Shown piece by piece: positions 44,973 to 55,593 of a DNA stretch of 64,000 nt. The translations under genes and the position numbers were made by a program. The first letter of the stretch is position 1, and each line of letters begins with the position of its first letter. Under the pieces are notes generated by a model, which saw only the letters and a program-made list of their open reading frames with translations, ran no database searches and had not been told where the DNA came from. Where the stretch lies: positions 13,006-77,005 of the IMG/VR virus record IMGVR_UViG_2844571421_000002. One strand, 5' to 3'. The stretch comes from a virus (Duplodnaviria; Caudoviricetes).

Positions 44973-46328
44973 GCCGTCCTTCGTCGCCTCGGCATGCGCT
45001 TCCGCCGAGCTGCCTTCAATGGGCGTCGGCGTCTCGCCGGGCTCGTTGGGCTTCTGGCCCGGCAACAGCTCCGCGAAGCCTTGCCGCTCCGGGTGAGGCT
45101 TGAAGCCCGCTTCGACTCGCCACTCGTCGAAGGTGAAGGCGCTCGGGAGCGTGCCCATCACCCGCAGCCGGTGCTCACGGTCGGCAGGCACGGGAGAGTC
45201 GTAGGAGAGAAGCACGTCGTCTTCGAAGCGGGGTGCCAGGTGCTTTTGCATCGACGCGAGGAAGACTTCGGCGCGCGGCTTCGTCGCCTGTTCGGCCAGG
45301 TGCTCACGCGCCGCGTAGCTGGTCGCCTTGTTGCTGCTCGTCACGTCGCCCACAATCTCCGGGGGCACCCGGTACACCATCCGCACGAAGTCCATGAGGA
45401 AGCGGCGGAGGTCGACGAGCTGCATGTCGCGGAAGGGCGTATCCAGCCGGGCAAACGTCGTGCGCCCGCTCGTAATCATCACCCGGCCTGCGTTGGCGGG
45501 GCCCCCGTACTCTCGCGCGAGCGACTCTTTGAAGGCCCTGGCAGGCCCGGCCTGCGCCTCGTTGAAGCCCTCAATCGCGATGACGGCCCCCGGGAGCATG
45601 TTGTTGAAGAAGGCATTCTTCGTGAAGCGCGCCGCGTGCTCGTCGGTGTCGACCTCGTCGCCCAGGGCATAGGCGATGCCGATACCGCGGCCAAGCGGGT
45701 CAGCCGGGTTCAGGCGCTTCACGTAGATGACGCTCGCCGCAGGGAGGAGGAATGTCCGCCCGCCAGCGGCCACGGTGTACGTCCGTTCCGACTTCGGCTT
45801 GCTCAGGTCCGGTAGCGCGAGGACGCAATCGGGCGGCACGGGCCACAGGCCCACCGGGACGCCTGCCAGCTCTTCGACGACGGCGAAGAACTCGCCCGTC
45901 AGGTCGTAGTGAAGACAGAAGAGCTTCGCGAAGTCCCGGCCCGTCATGTAGTCGTTCGGGTCCGCAAGCAGCCGTAACAGGGGATGGTCGGGCAGTTCCA
46001 CCGCGCCCCCCGTCTCGACGAGCGACTTCAGCCTCTCACGGCGCACGTCGCCACAGGCCCGCCGCAGCGACACGTCGACAAGCGTCTTCCGCGTCGCGGG
46101 GTCCTGCCGCGTGAAGGCCCGCCACGTCACGTCCGCGAAGGCATCGCCCACCGTATCGACGATGGTCCCCAGCCACGGCATCTCGGCGTAGGCCGCGAGC
46201 AGCGCGGGCACCTCCCGACGCGGCGGGGCCGAAGCCCAACGGCTCAGCTCCAGCCCCGTTCCCTTGCGCTTGCTGCCCCCGCGAAACGCGGCGCGCATCC
46301 TGTCCAGCATCCCCATGGAGAACCTCAC
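44970..46328 (-). CDS. Portal protein
   Basis: Homolog of 3812-5170. Confidence 0.9.
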   Translation of the reverse strand: MRFSMGMLDRMRAAFRGGSKRKGTGLELSRWASAPPRREVPALLAAYAEMPWLGTIVDTVGDAFADVTWRAFTRQDPATRKTLVDVSLRRACGDVRRERLKSLVETGGAVELPDHPLLRLLADPNDYMTGRDFAKLFCLHYDLTGEFFAVVEELAGVPVGLWPVPPDCVLALPDLSKPKSERTYTVAAGGRTFLLPAASVIYVKRLNPADPLGRGIGIAYALGDEVDTDEHAARFTKNAFFNNMLPGAVIAIEGFNEAQAGPARAFKESLAREYGGPANAGRVMITSGRTTFARLDTPFRDMQLVDLRRFLMDFVRMVYRVPPEIVGDVTSSNKATSYAAREHLAEQATKPRAEVFLASMQKHLAPRFEDDVLLSYDSPVPADREHRLRVMGTLPSAFTFDEWRVEAGFKPHPERQGFAELLPGQKPNEPGETPTPIEGSSAEAHAEATKDG

Positions 46329-47740
46329 ACCGCGAAGAACTGTTCGACGAAGACCAAGTCATGAACGCCCCAGCAGAAGGCGTCGGCCCGGTCATCTCTG
46401 CGCCCGTTGATGCCGGTGAACTTGCTGAGCTGTGCTTCCAGCTTCGGGAAGGTGCCGACGAACTCGACGCGGCCCGCTTCGGCCAGGGCGGACACAGGCT
46501 CCGCGCGCTTGCTCTTCGCGCTCGTCGCCCGCACGGGCTTCACATTGACGCTGACGCCCATTTCGCTCGCGACGGTACTGATGAGCGTCTCCACCATCTC
46601 CCCGCCCGTGTTCACCTCGACAACGAGCGCGTCACACCCCCATTCGAGATAGGCCCGGATGGCTGTCGTCGCCCACTCGCGAGGACTGGCCCGGCGCGAC
46701 AGGTCGGCCAACACCGAAACGCGCTTGAGCGGAACACCATCGGCCCCGAAGAGCACGCTCGACTTGCACCCCTGCACGATGATGCCCGTTTCGTCCGAGC
46801 CGGTTTCGCTCGTAGGGCTCGGGTCCACACTGACGATGCGCCTGTCGAGCTGCTGCGCGTACTCGTGCGGGTCGACCTCCACGCGGCCCCACTTCGCCGA
46901 GCCGAAGATGGCCCCGGGCACGTCGAAGAGCAGGCGGCCGAGAACCTCTTGCTGTCCCCAGCGGGTGTTCGCCAGCGCCCGCATGTTGGCCACGGCCGAC
47001 GGCGCCAGGTTCGCGGAGTTGCTCAGCGAAGAGCCTGTGCGAAGCACCACGCCCGGCTTGAGTTCCTGCGTCTCCGCGTTCGCGAAGAGCAGCTCTTCAA
47101 TCTTCTTCAGCGGGCGCGGCGTCCCGGTGAGGAGAAGCTGCGGCGGGTCCTCTCGCGAGCCGATGCGCAACACCAGCGGCAGTTGGTCAACCGCGGCCAT
47201 GTCGTGTTTCCACGAAGCGGGCTCGTCGCCCCAGCCCCATCCGGCATTCGGGCCGCGCAGCCGGTCGGGCTTATCCGCCGAGTAGCAGATGGCATAGACG
47301 CCGTTGGGCCACGTCACCCGGCGCTTGCTGGGCTCGTACTTGGGCGTGAACCACGGAGGCGACAGGGCGAGGATGCCGGACGCGCCGCGAATCATGGTGT
47401 CGCGCACGTCCGCCGCCGTCGGGCCGATGAGGGCCCCGACACTCTTCGCCTGCCACGCCTTTTTGATGACCCAGCGCGCCCCGCACCACGTCTTCCCGAA
47501 GCCGCGCCCAGCCATGACGAAACAGGTCGAGAACTTGTCCGGGGGCGACTGCTCGCGACGGGCCCAGAAGTCGAGGTCGTAGACGAGCAGCTCAACTTCC
47601 TTGTCGTCGAGCCCGCCGAAGAGCTTCGCGAGCTGAGCGCGGGAGCCGGCCGTTTGCACCATCCGCGATGCGGGCGACTCGTGCGGCGCGAGCCCTTCGG
47701 CGAACTTCCCCCATGCGCCCTTCGACAGAAGGCTACGCAT
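46325..47740 (-). CDS. terL: Terminase large subunit
   Basis: Homolog of 5167-6582. Confidence 0.92.
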   Translation of the reverse strand: MRSLLSKGAWGKFAEGLAPHESPASRMVQTAGSRAQLAKLFGGLDDKEVELLVYDLDFWARREQSPPDKFSTCFVMAGRGFGKTWCGARWVIKKAWQAKSVGALIGPTAADVRDTMIRGASGILALSPPWFTPKYEPSKRRVTWPNGVYAICYSADKPDRLRGPNAGWGWGDEPASWKHDMAAVDQLPLVLRIGSREDPPQLLLTGTPRPLKKIEELLFANAETQELKPGVVLRTGSSLSNSANLAPSAVANMRALANTRWGQQEVLGRLLFDVPGAIFGSAKWGRVEVDPHEYAQQLDRRIVSVDPSPTSETGSDETGIIVQGCKSSVLFGADGVPLKRVSVLADLSRRASPREWATTAIRAYLEWGCDALVVEVNTGGEMVETLISTVASEMGVSVNVKPVRATSAKSKRAEPVSALAEAGRVEFVGTFPKLEAQLSKFTGINGRRDDRADAFCWGVHDLVFVEQFFAV

Positions 47741-48209
47741 CGCTGGCCCCCTTGTCCTCGAGCTGCTCGGACGGCGCCGCTTCGGCAGGCGGGGACGCTG
47801 GCGGCTCGTCCGGGAGGAACTTCCCCAGCCGGTCAATCAGTAGCTCGCGCAGCGCGGCAGTGTCGGCGGCCTGGTCCTCGGGGCTCTTCGCCTCGACGTT
47901 GTCGCGTCGCCCGTACAGTTCCGGGAAGCGGCGGCTCAAGAGCCACTGGACGTGCTTGGGGTTCGTCGTCGACGCGGCCTGGAGTGTCTCCGTTGCCCCC
48001 TGCATGAACTCCGCTTCGGCTCGGTTCACCGCGACGAAGAACTCGCGGTAGAGCCCGCGCGCCTCGCTCGCGCCCCGGTGGAACCAACGAGAAACGGTCT
48101 GCTCGTCGACGCCCACGAGGCCCGCCGCCGCTCGACGGAAGAGGCCCGAGCGCAAGTGCTCGCAGATTTGCTGTTGAAGCTCAGGTGTGAGTTTGGTCGG
48201 TCGCGCCAC
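47733..48209 (-). CDS. terS: Terminase small subunit
   Basis: Homolog of 6575-7051; motif at 48215-48245 upstream. Confidence 0.72.
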   Translation of the reverse strand: MARPTKLTPELQQQICEHLRSGLFRRAAAGLVGVDEQTVSRWFHRGASEARGLYREFFVAVNRAEAEFMQGATETLQAASTTNPKHVQWLLSRRFPELYGRRDNVEAKSPEDQAADTAALRELLIDRLGKFLPDEPPASPPAEAAPSEQLEDKGASDA

Positions 48210-48500
48210 ACCCGGTAAATGCGTGCGGTTTCGCGAAGTTTTTCGGGGGAGCGCTCAACAAAACGCATCGACCCCACGTTTTTTCTCAGAATTTTTCGAA
48301 AGTGGGGGCGCTCCGAGCAAGCCGGAATTCCGCCAGTGAAAGGAAATCCACGCCGGGGGGCGGACAACAAAGCCCAGATATGCACATCTGCCCAGATCTA
48401 CCTACGTCTGCCGACACAGCCCCTCGCAGCAACCCGCAAAGCTAGACGCCCGCTCTTTAACCTTACGTAAAAGCGTCCCAGCGGATACTCTTGATCTCCT

Positions 48501-48845
48501 ATGAAGCTAACTACCGTGTTCTTTACCGGGCTCGCCGCCTACGTCGGGGCTCGCGCCCTTTTCAGCGAGCCTCGCAAGGCGAAGCGACGCCGCTCGCTCG
48601 CTGTGCCCGGGGTTTATCAGTTGGTAGGCCAGAACAATTGCGTTCGGTACGGACAAGCCGAGGACATCGAGCAGCGCGCCCGTGTCTCAGCCCGTAGTAA
48701 CGAAGCGTGTCTGGGACCTGCCCCTGAGATCAGGATCGTGCGGCGCGAGCCCAACAGAGCGAGGCGACTCAGACTTGAAAAACGCCTCATCCAGCGCCAC
48801 CGAGAGAGAGCCCCCGAGCAAGTATGCAACCGGGTCGACTGGTAG
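48501..48845 (+). CDS. Minimal GIY-YIG nuclease-like protein with N-terminal hydrophobic helix (cargo)
   Basis: GVYQL..RYGQAEDIEQR..LEKRLI..CN; TTG start. Confidence 0.6.
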   Translation: MKLTTVFFTGLAAYVGARALFSEPRKAKRRRSLAVPGVYQLVGQNNCVRYGQAEDIEQRARVSARSNEACLGPAPEIRIVRREPNRARRLRLEKRLIQRHRERAPEQVCNRVDW

Positions 48846-48872
48846 AGATCGAGTTTCAGATACGCCTGGACC

Positions 48873-49817
48873 GTGATTATGCCAACTGATCCCGAATGGG
48901 CTCCCTTCAAGGTAGGCAGACCCAGTACACGCCCGAATTGGGACGAGCCTGACTGCTTACCACTGCAACACGTTAGTCATGTGGCTCATCTCGCCTCGGG
49001 TTGGCGAATCGTGGAAAATCGATGCCTGCATGCTCATCTCGTGAGCGACAAGAGTCGACTGAATAGCAAGCGCATTCAAGTGGTCTGGCTTTCTCCCAAT
49101 CATTGGAATGATGGCTTTCGCTATGGAAATATCCGGTTCGACTTTGACTTGACTTCACTGCTGAAAAACAAACGCTTCTATTGGGTAGAGTCAGTTGCCT
49201 ACGGGGTGCCGGCTTGCCGCATTCTGATCACAGATCAGAATCGCGACGGCGAGCTTACGCCTTACGATCCATCAAAGCGCCAAGGCCCCTGGTGGCATGA
49301 CCAGTCGAGCGACCAACACTACTATAACGGCAAGTACTGCCTAGAGTTCATGTTGGAAGACGAGTTGCCAATTTCGTCATGCACCTCGGTCTCGTTCGTA
49401 CAACATCATAAGTATCAATGCTGCATCTCGCCCTCTTCATGCCCTGACCGTGGCCAGGGTGCTCAAGACAGTTCAGCGCGATTCCTTGCAGGAGTGGCGG
49501 GACGACTCTTACCTACCAAAGCGGATCTCTTGTTGCCCCAGTTTGATCTCCCGTTTGAGCGTTTCACTATTAGGGGCGCATGGACCTTAATGAAAGATGC
49601 AGTGAGCGACTGCGCACCTCTTTCAGGTCCACTTGATGTGGTCGATGATACAGCGGTGGCAGTCGCCCGAGCGGCATTGCGCGCAATCGGCGATCGCAGC
49701 ACGCCAGAAGCGCATCGCTTGATTCGGCTATTTCACTCTAAAGAGCGTGCTTTGGATGCAATGCAGCTTGTGCTGCTAAGGGCATTCAAGTCGATGGACG
49801 AGAAAGACTTTTCTTAA
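48873..49817 (+). CDS. Putative ADP-ribosyltransferase-fold protein (DarT/AbiGi-like topology; cargo)
   Basis: HVSH..I...L, VWLS, YG.I.F.FD, LEFML..LP...V.F strand pattern. Confidence 0.45.
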   Translation: MIMPTDPEWAPFKVGRPSTRPNWDEPDCLPLQHVSHVAHLASGWRIVENRCLHAHLVSDKSRLNSKRIQVVWLSPNHWNDGFRYGNIRFDFDLTSLLKNKRFYWVESVAYGVPACRILITDQNRDGELTPYDPSKRQGPWWHDQSSDQHYYNGKYCLEFMLEDELPISSCTSVSFVQHHKYQCCISPSSCPDRGQGAQDSSARFLAGVAGRLLPTKADLLLPQFDLPFERFTIRGAWTLMKDAVSDCAPLSGPLDVVDDTAVAVARAALRAIGDRSTPEAHRLIRLFHSKERALDAMQLVLLRAFKSMDEKDFS

Positions 49818-49934
49818 CCACTCGTGCCTTCGATGACTGTCCGTTTCGTATAAGGCCCCCACGAATGTTCCTGAGAAAGAGAGAGCGGCGGCTACGGTTC
49901 GACGAAGGCTCCTGGAGAGACAGTGAACGTAATT

Positions 49935-50243
49935 CTATCCACGGGACGTGATTCGGACGTCACATGCTTGCACGTCGACGCAGCGAGCCCGCCAGCTTCG
50001 ACGCCACGATCCGCCGTCCGTTAGACGCTCGTCGACTGCCAGCTCGCCTTGCCCTCGTAGTAGGCGCACGCCGCAAAGGTCGCACGGCATCGGGTACAGG
50101 TTGCGCCGCCAAGCTGCCTCGCGTTCTAAGCAGGCCAAGTGCCGAGCCCCGACGGTGCGCTCGTAGGTGGTGACCTTGCCCGGCTCAATGGGAAGGGAGC
50201 ACGCGGCACACGGTACGCGCCTCTTAGCGGTCAGGGTGGGCAG
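49935..50243 (-). CDS. Small Zn-binding protein (start unclear)
   Basis: Homolog of 7778-8074; open frame up to the sigma stop, no ATG at the equivalent position. Confidence 0.42.
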   Translation of the reverse strand: MPTLTAKRRVPCAACSLPIEPGKVTTYERTVGARHLACLEREAAWRRNLYPMPCDLCGVRLLRGQGELAVDERLTDGGSWRRSWRARCVDVQACDVRITSRG

Positions 50244-50244
50244 C

Positions 50245-51075
50245 TCAGCTCCCCCGCTCGCCCAGCATCAGGCGCAGGTCGGCTAGAGCACGCGCGAGCA
50301 TCCGGTCGACGCGACTCTTCGGCGCGCCCCATGCTTCCGCCACGGAGCGCACCGACTGCGCCGGGCGGTTGAGGCCGAACACGCGGGACACCAGCTCTCG
50401 TTGCTCGGGAGACAACTGCCGCACGGCCTTGAACACGAGGGCTCGACGCTCAGCCGCCAGCAGCTCCGCCTCGGGAGTGTCCCCGTCGGGCTCCAGGCAC
50501 GACATCTCGCGGAGTGCGGATTCCAACTCGTCGACCCACGAGTCATCGGCGGAAGCACCGTCCGAGAAATGAGACGGTATGTCCATGCGGTGGACTCGGA
50601 CGACGTTGCGTTCGTTGCTGTGGATTGAACGCACGGTGCGACGCTTGTGCGCGCCGTCGCTCAGGTGAACGTCGGTGCCGTGCAAGCGCGCGTACTGCTC
50701 GCAGGCAGCCCGCGCCCGGAAGTAGGCAACCTGACCGAACGAATGGCGCCCCCTCGTGGCGTCGTACTTGGACACCGCGCGAAGCACCGCCATGGAGGCA
50801 ACTTGTGCGAGGTCATCAGGCGACAACGAGCCCGCGATGGGCAAGAGGGCCCCGACGATGCGGCGGATGATGGGCCTCATGGAGATGAGCAACTCAGCGG
50901 ACAGTCGTCGCTCCAGCACGGCGTTGCCGCTCGCGCGGGCCGACAGGATGCGGGGCACGAGTTCGGATTGCCGAGCCGCCTGAAGGCCATACTCACTGTG
51001 TGAAACATGTTTTTTCGCACTTCCCTTGCGACAAATGGCTGCGTGAGACATCGCCCCAACAAGAGCATGCCGCAT
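50245..51075 (-). CDS. Phage sigma-70 family factor (start uncertain; frame open to 51246)
   Basis: Homolog of 8085-8915. Confidence 0.88.
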   Translation of the reverse strand: MRHALVGAMSHAAICRKGSAKKHVSHSEYGLQAARQSELVPRILSARASGNAVLERRLSAELLISMRPIIRRIVGALLPIAGSLSPDDLAQVASMAVLRAVSKYDATRGRHSFGQVAYFRARAACEQYARLHGTDVHLSDGAHKRRTVRSIHSNERNVVRVHRMDIPSHFSDGASADDSWVDELESALREMSCLEPDGDTPEAELLAAERRALVFKAVRQLSPEQRELVSRVFGLNRPAQSVRSVAEAWGAPKSRVDRMLARALADLRLMLGERGS

Positions 51076-51177
51076 GCCGACTTCGCTCGATTCACAGACA
51101 GTCTCAGCCACGGTGACTCTACGCTCTCGCGGTTGGGCTGCGCGTCGACGCCCCATCGGCACGCAGTCGTTCCCCGC

Positions 51178-51633
51178 GTAAATGCGTGTGGATTCCGGCA
51201 GCGGCTCACGCACTCTCGAAAAGTGGCGACGAAGGCGAGTCGGCATGTCCCGAGTAGATGCGTGCGACTTCCGCGAACGACTCAGGCATCAACGCCCCGT
51301 CATCAATCAAGCTCTCTTCCTATCCTCTCTCCTTCTTCTCTTTAGAAAAGATGGAGTAGTAGAAAGGAGGATAGGTAATAGAGAAGGCTAAGGATTTGGG
51401 GGAACGCGCTCCAGTGCCGCCTGACGCCCCGCCGCGACAGCCGAGCCATTCGCGAAATCCGCACTCGTTTACCAGGGACGGCACGACTACCTGCCGCATC
51501 CGCCCGGCTGACGATTCCGTGGGCCATTCGGAAAATCCGCACCCATTTACCGGATGCCATGCACGCACCCCACACGCCTCCCGCCTCCGTCGCACGCCTC
51601 GCTGAGCCATTCACAGAATCCGCACTCATTTAC
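51178..51633. repeat. Divergent array of five 31-bp motifs around the conserved tract 51285-51401
   Basis: 51178-51208 and 51254-51284 (minus); 51442-51472, 51520-51550 and 51603-51633 (plus). Confidence 0.85.
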
Positions 51634-53967
51634 CCAGGTATGAGCCACACGCCCGACACCACGCGCCTGCGCGCCCTTCGGCTGAAGGTCGCCTTCTACG
51701 CGTCCGCCCAGGACAACATCCCCCAAGCCGCAGAGCTGCCGTGGCCCGAACTGTCGGCGAAACTCGTCACTCACCGTCGGAGTCAGTGCCCCACGTCGCC
51801 GTGCGTCCGTGGCTGCCCCGGCAAGAATGGCCCCGCCTGGAGCCCGGTGGACATCGTCGAGCGGCGTCGCTCGGAGAACGTGCGTGCCGTCACGGTGGCC
51901 GTCTTCGACCTGGACCACCTGACGGCGGCGCAGCTCGCGTGCCTCGACGCCGTCGAGCGCCATGGACTCGCCTTCGCCGTCCACTCGACGCACAGCAACC
52001 GCCCACCCGACGACTACTGCCTGCGGCTGGTGATGCCGTTGTCCCGGCCCGTGCTCCCGCGCGAGTGGCCGTCCGTGCGCGAGGCCGCAATCCGCGTGCT
52101 CGGACTCCCCGCCGACCCGGCCACGAAGGACCTGGCGCGCATCTACTTCCTGCCCGACGCGCCCATGGGTGCGGAGCCCTACGCGGCCAGTGGAGACGGA
52201 GCGCCCCTCGACGTCGACGCGCTGCTCGCGATGTCCCGGGCTGGGCTCCCCACGGTGGCGGCCCCGGTGCCTTCCTCGAAGCCCGAGGCACCCGCCGACC
52301 TGTACGAGCTGAGGGCCCTCCTGCGTCGCATCCGCAAGCCCGAGCACCTCGCCATCGTCCGCCGCACCCTTGCCGGTGAGCCCCTGGCCGCCGTCGGCGA
52401 GCAGGACACGACGCTGAACACGCTCATGTCATGCGCCGCCTTTGTCCTACCGCTGTCCACGCCCGAGGCCGTCGTCATAGAGCTGTTCCGCGCGTCCTTC
52501 GCGGCAACGGACTGGCGAGAGGGCACCGAGCATTTGTGCGAGCAGGCCGTCGTCAAGCTGCGGCGTCATCGCGAGCGTCGGAAGGCCCGGGATGCCGCAC
52601 GGCTTGCGGACAACACGGCCATCTGGGAAGCCCTGGGCAGTCGCGCTCCGGAGTCCGCGTCGAGCGATGGCCCGGGACTCGAGGAGGACGCTCCCGACCC
52701 CGACGCATGGATGAAGGAACTCTTCCTCGACATCACGAAGGACACCCGACGGCAGATTCGCAACTGTGAGGCGAACGTCTTCACCGTGCTCCTCAAGTCG
52801 CCCGAGTGGCGCGGCGTCTTCCGCTTCAACGAAGTCACGAAGAAGTTGGAGGTAGAAGGCGGCCCCCTCGGCTCCAACGCCGATTTGGAAACGCTCGACG
52901 TCAACGTGGCCAACTGGATTCAGCTCAGCAAGTACGGGCAGCTCGGGCTGATGCCGAAGGCGCATGTCGTCGCGCAGCAACTCCTCGCCGTCGCGAAGCG
53001 CAACAGCTATGACCCGGTCGCCGACTACCTCGCGGGACTCGTCTGGGATGGAACGCCACGGCTCGACGGGATGCTCGCGACGTACTTCAGCGCGCAGGGG
53101 GATGCTCGATACCTCCGGGCCGTCGGCGCGAAGTTCGCCATCTCGGCGGTTGCGCGTGCCCTGCGTCCTGGGTGCAAGGTCGACACGGTCATGATTCTGG
53201 AGGGGCCCCAGGGCCTGCGAAAGTCGACGGCGTTCAGCATCCTGGGGGGCCGGTACTTCAGCGACGCGCCCATCGACGTCACCAGCAGGGACAGCGCCAT
53301 GCTCGCCTCCCAATTCTGGTTCATCGAACTGGCGGAGCTGAGCACGTTTCGCAAGAGCGAGGACCAGGCTCTCAAGGCGTTCATCACCCGGACGGAGGAC
53401 ACCTACCGGCCGCCCTACGGACGCTCCAACGTGCAGGCCCCGCGCCGCTGCGTCTTCGTCGGGACGACCAACGATGACGACTACCTGCGCGACCCCACGG
53501 GACAGAGGCGATTCTGGCCGGTGAAGTGCAGCCACATCGACACCGACGCCCTCAAGCGAGACCGCGACCAAATCTGGGCCGAAGCCGTCGTGCGCTTCCT
53601 CCAGGGTGAGGACTGGTGGCTGAGCAACGAGGAAGCGGCCGGGGCTGAGCAGCAGGCCGCGCTGCGCATGGAGAATCACGGGGACAGCCGGAAGGAAGTC
53701 ATCCTGAAGTGGCTGCTCGAAATGCCCACCGACAAGCGCCCGACGGACGTCACGCTTCTTCAGGTCGGCGTCGAAGCCTTCTCGCTCCACCAAGCGCAGG
53801 TTGACCACCGAATCTCACGGGAAATCGGCGCAGCCCTGAAGTCGCTGGGCTTCACCCGTGGCCAGCGTCGGATGGGCGACGGGAAGCGACCGCTCGTCTA
53901 CTACCTCCCGGACGAACTGAAAAACGCCCCTACAGAAATGCGTGGCGAACGGCGCGGAGCGATTTAG
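51559..53967 (+). CDS. Primase-helicase (VirE/VapE family)
   Basis: Homolog of 9408-11807. Confidence 0.87.
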   Translation: MHAPHTPPASVARLAEPFTESALIYPGMSHTPDTTRLRALRLKVAFYASAQDNIPQAAELPWPELSAKLVTHRRSQCPTSPCVRGCPGKNGPAWSPVDIVERRRSENVRAVTVAVFDLDHLTAAQLACLDAVERHGLAFAVHSTHSNRPPDDYCLRLVMPLSRPVLPREWPSVREAAIRVLGLPADPATKDLARIYFLPDAPMGAEPYAASGDGAPLDVDALLAMSRAGLPTVAAPVPSSKPEAPADLYELRALLRRIRKPEHLAIVRRTLAGEPLAAVGEQDTTLNTLMSCAAFVLPLSTPEAVVIELFRASFAATDWREGTEHLCEQAVVKLRRHRERRKARDAARLADNTAIWEALGSRAPESASSDGPGLEEDAPDPDAWMKELFLDITKDTRRQIRNCEANVFTVLLKSPEWRGVFRFNEVTKKLEVEGGPLGSNADLETLDVNVANWIQLSKYGQLGLMPKAHVVAQQLLAVAKRNSYDPVADYLAGLVWDGTPRLDGMLATYFSAQGDARYLRAVGAKFAISAVARALRPGCKVDTVMILEGPQGLRKSTAFSILGGRYFSDAPIDVTSRDSAMLASQFWFIELAELSTFRKSEDQALKAFITRTEDTYRPPYGRSNVQAPRRCVFVGTTNDDDYLRDPTGQRRFWPVKCSHIDTDALKRDRDQIWAEAVVRFLQGEDWWLSNEEAAGAEQQAALRMENHGDSRKEVILKWLLEMPTDKRPTDVTLLQVGVEAFSLHQAQVDHRISREIGAALKSLGFTRGQRRMGDGKRPLVYYLPDELKNAPTEMRGERRGAI

Positions 53968-54147
53968 GCCACCTCGCGCGCGTGAATGGCTTACAAAGCA
54001 ACTCTAGCGCACCAGCCTATTCCAACAACTCCCAATAACGTCACATCGGACTCTCGCCCTCGACGGCTGCACCATGTTATTGCGCCACCTCTGTGCTGAC
54101 AGCTTCAGGGGATGTAAGCGCAAAATCGGGGATGCACGATGGCACGC

Positions 54148-55137
54148 TCATCTTCTCGATTTCCGCAAACCTAGCGGATCATATCCCTCCGCTACAGGTA
54201 GTTGGGTGGCGAAGTAGTTGTTGAGTTCCACAAGCAATTGCGGGGAACTGGAAAAGTTATTTTCAAGAAATTTTCTCCAGGGCTGCCCTGGCAGCAATGC
54301 GCCTACCATGCGATTGAGGATACCTCGATCTATCAGCTCAATCCTCCACCCCAAAGCGGCAGCGACTTTCGCCTCCTTTTGGGCATAATAGGTGAAGTGA
54401 TCAGCTGTCGACACAATAACACCGTACTTTCGCTGCCGCAAAACCATCGCACCAAGAAGAGATCGCAACGTGGACACTCCTTCTGCGGCATCGACTTTCT
54501 CGCGCCGCTTAGCCTGAATTAGCCATTCATTCCCCCCAGATTCGATGAAAAGAACGTCAACCCCGCCATCGCCCGTTCTCCCAACGTGCAATGCCTCCGC
54601 ATTAGCATAGTTTGCCCTAAAAACAGCCGCAACCAATTGTTCCAGCCCTTTAGGGGAAAGCTCAGACCACCGCCCTGGCGTCATGTTTAATTGCCTAACG
54701 AGCTCTGCGTGGCATTCCTCTGGAAGGCGCTCTTCGTATCGCCTAAGCACCGAGGCGGCTGCTATAAGCTGGATCTCATATTCCTCGGCCGAAAACCACT
54801 GCCAATAGGCACATCGCAAGCACGCTGAGAGAATGTAAAATTCGTCACCATCAGGTGAGTACTCCGCAGCCCTGAGTTTAGAATTACAGTAAGGACAAGC
54901 TGTGCGCGTCCGGTGGACCTCCTCAACAAATCGATCAAACTCCGTAAGGTGCCCGTCGTCTCTTTCTAGGTCGGGGTCATGTGGCTCGTCTTCTCCCTCA
55001 ATGACCCAGTGCGCCTCAAGGCGACGTAGATAGGCTATGTCATAGGTCCCAACGTCCAATTCACGTACCTTGCCAGAGTGTTTTTCCCTATCGAGCGCCG
55101 GAGAAGAGTTGGAGGAAGCCCGTGGCGCCTTGGTCAT
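54148..55137 (-). CDS. Zn-ribbon + Mrr-like (type IV) restriction endonuclease (cargo)
   Basis: CPYC..CLRC; GRTGDGGVD..IQAKR..GV..YGVIVST..FT. Confidence 0.8.
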   Translation of the reverse strand: MTKAPRASSNSSPALDREKHSGKVRELDVGTYDIAYLRRLEAHWVIEGEDEPHDPDLERDDGHLTEFDRFVEEVHRTRTACPYCNSKLRAAEYSPDGDEFYILSACLRCAYWQWFSAEEYEIQLIAAASVLRRYEERLPEECHAELVRQLNMTPGRWSELSPKGLEQLVAAVFRANYANAEALHVGRTGDGGVDVLFIESGGNEWLIQAKRREKVDAAEGVSTLRSLLGAMVLRQRKYGVIVSTADHFTYYAQKEAKVAAALGWRIELIDRGILNRMVGALLPGQPWRKFLENNFSSSPQLLVELNNYFATQLPVAEGYDPLGLRKSRR

Positions 55138-55223
55138 GATGTGCCCTGCCTTTCAGGTGTACTCAGGATTAGTACCAGTGTGCCACAATCGACCTATGTA
55201 GGAACGTGTCCAGAAGCACCGCG

Positions 55224-55593
55224 AACAGCCTCTAACGAAATTCAGGGCTGGGCTAGTCGCCGGCAAGAGCCATCCCCTGATTTAGGGAAGGGGCATGGTC
55301 CGCGAACTCGTCCCCGACGCCGTTTGGCAACTCGTGGCTCCGTTGCGGCCTCCTCCCCCGTGGGGTGAGCCTGCGTCGCATCACCTCACGCATTGCCCGT
55401 CCAGGCGTCGAGTCCAAGGAACAACTAGGCCGCTACCGCTTGGTGGTCGAGCGAACCCTGGCCTAGAAGAGCCAACCCCGCCGACTTCGACTCCGCGACG
55501 AACGCAGGTACGATGCCCACTTCGGATTCCTCGTCCTCGGTTGCGGCCTCGTGCGCTGCTCTGCATCTGCCCTGACATTTGCTAGAGGCTGTT
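55224..55593 (+). mobile_element. Internally deleted IS5-family element (MITE-like)
   Basis: Terminal IRs AACAGCCTCTA/TAGAGGCTGTT, GCG on both flanks, transposase N-terminal (MVRELVPDA.W) and C-terminal remnants. Confidence 0.75.
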
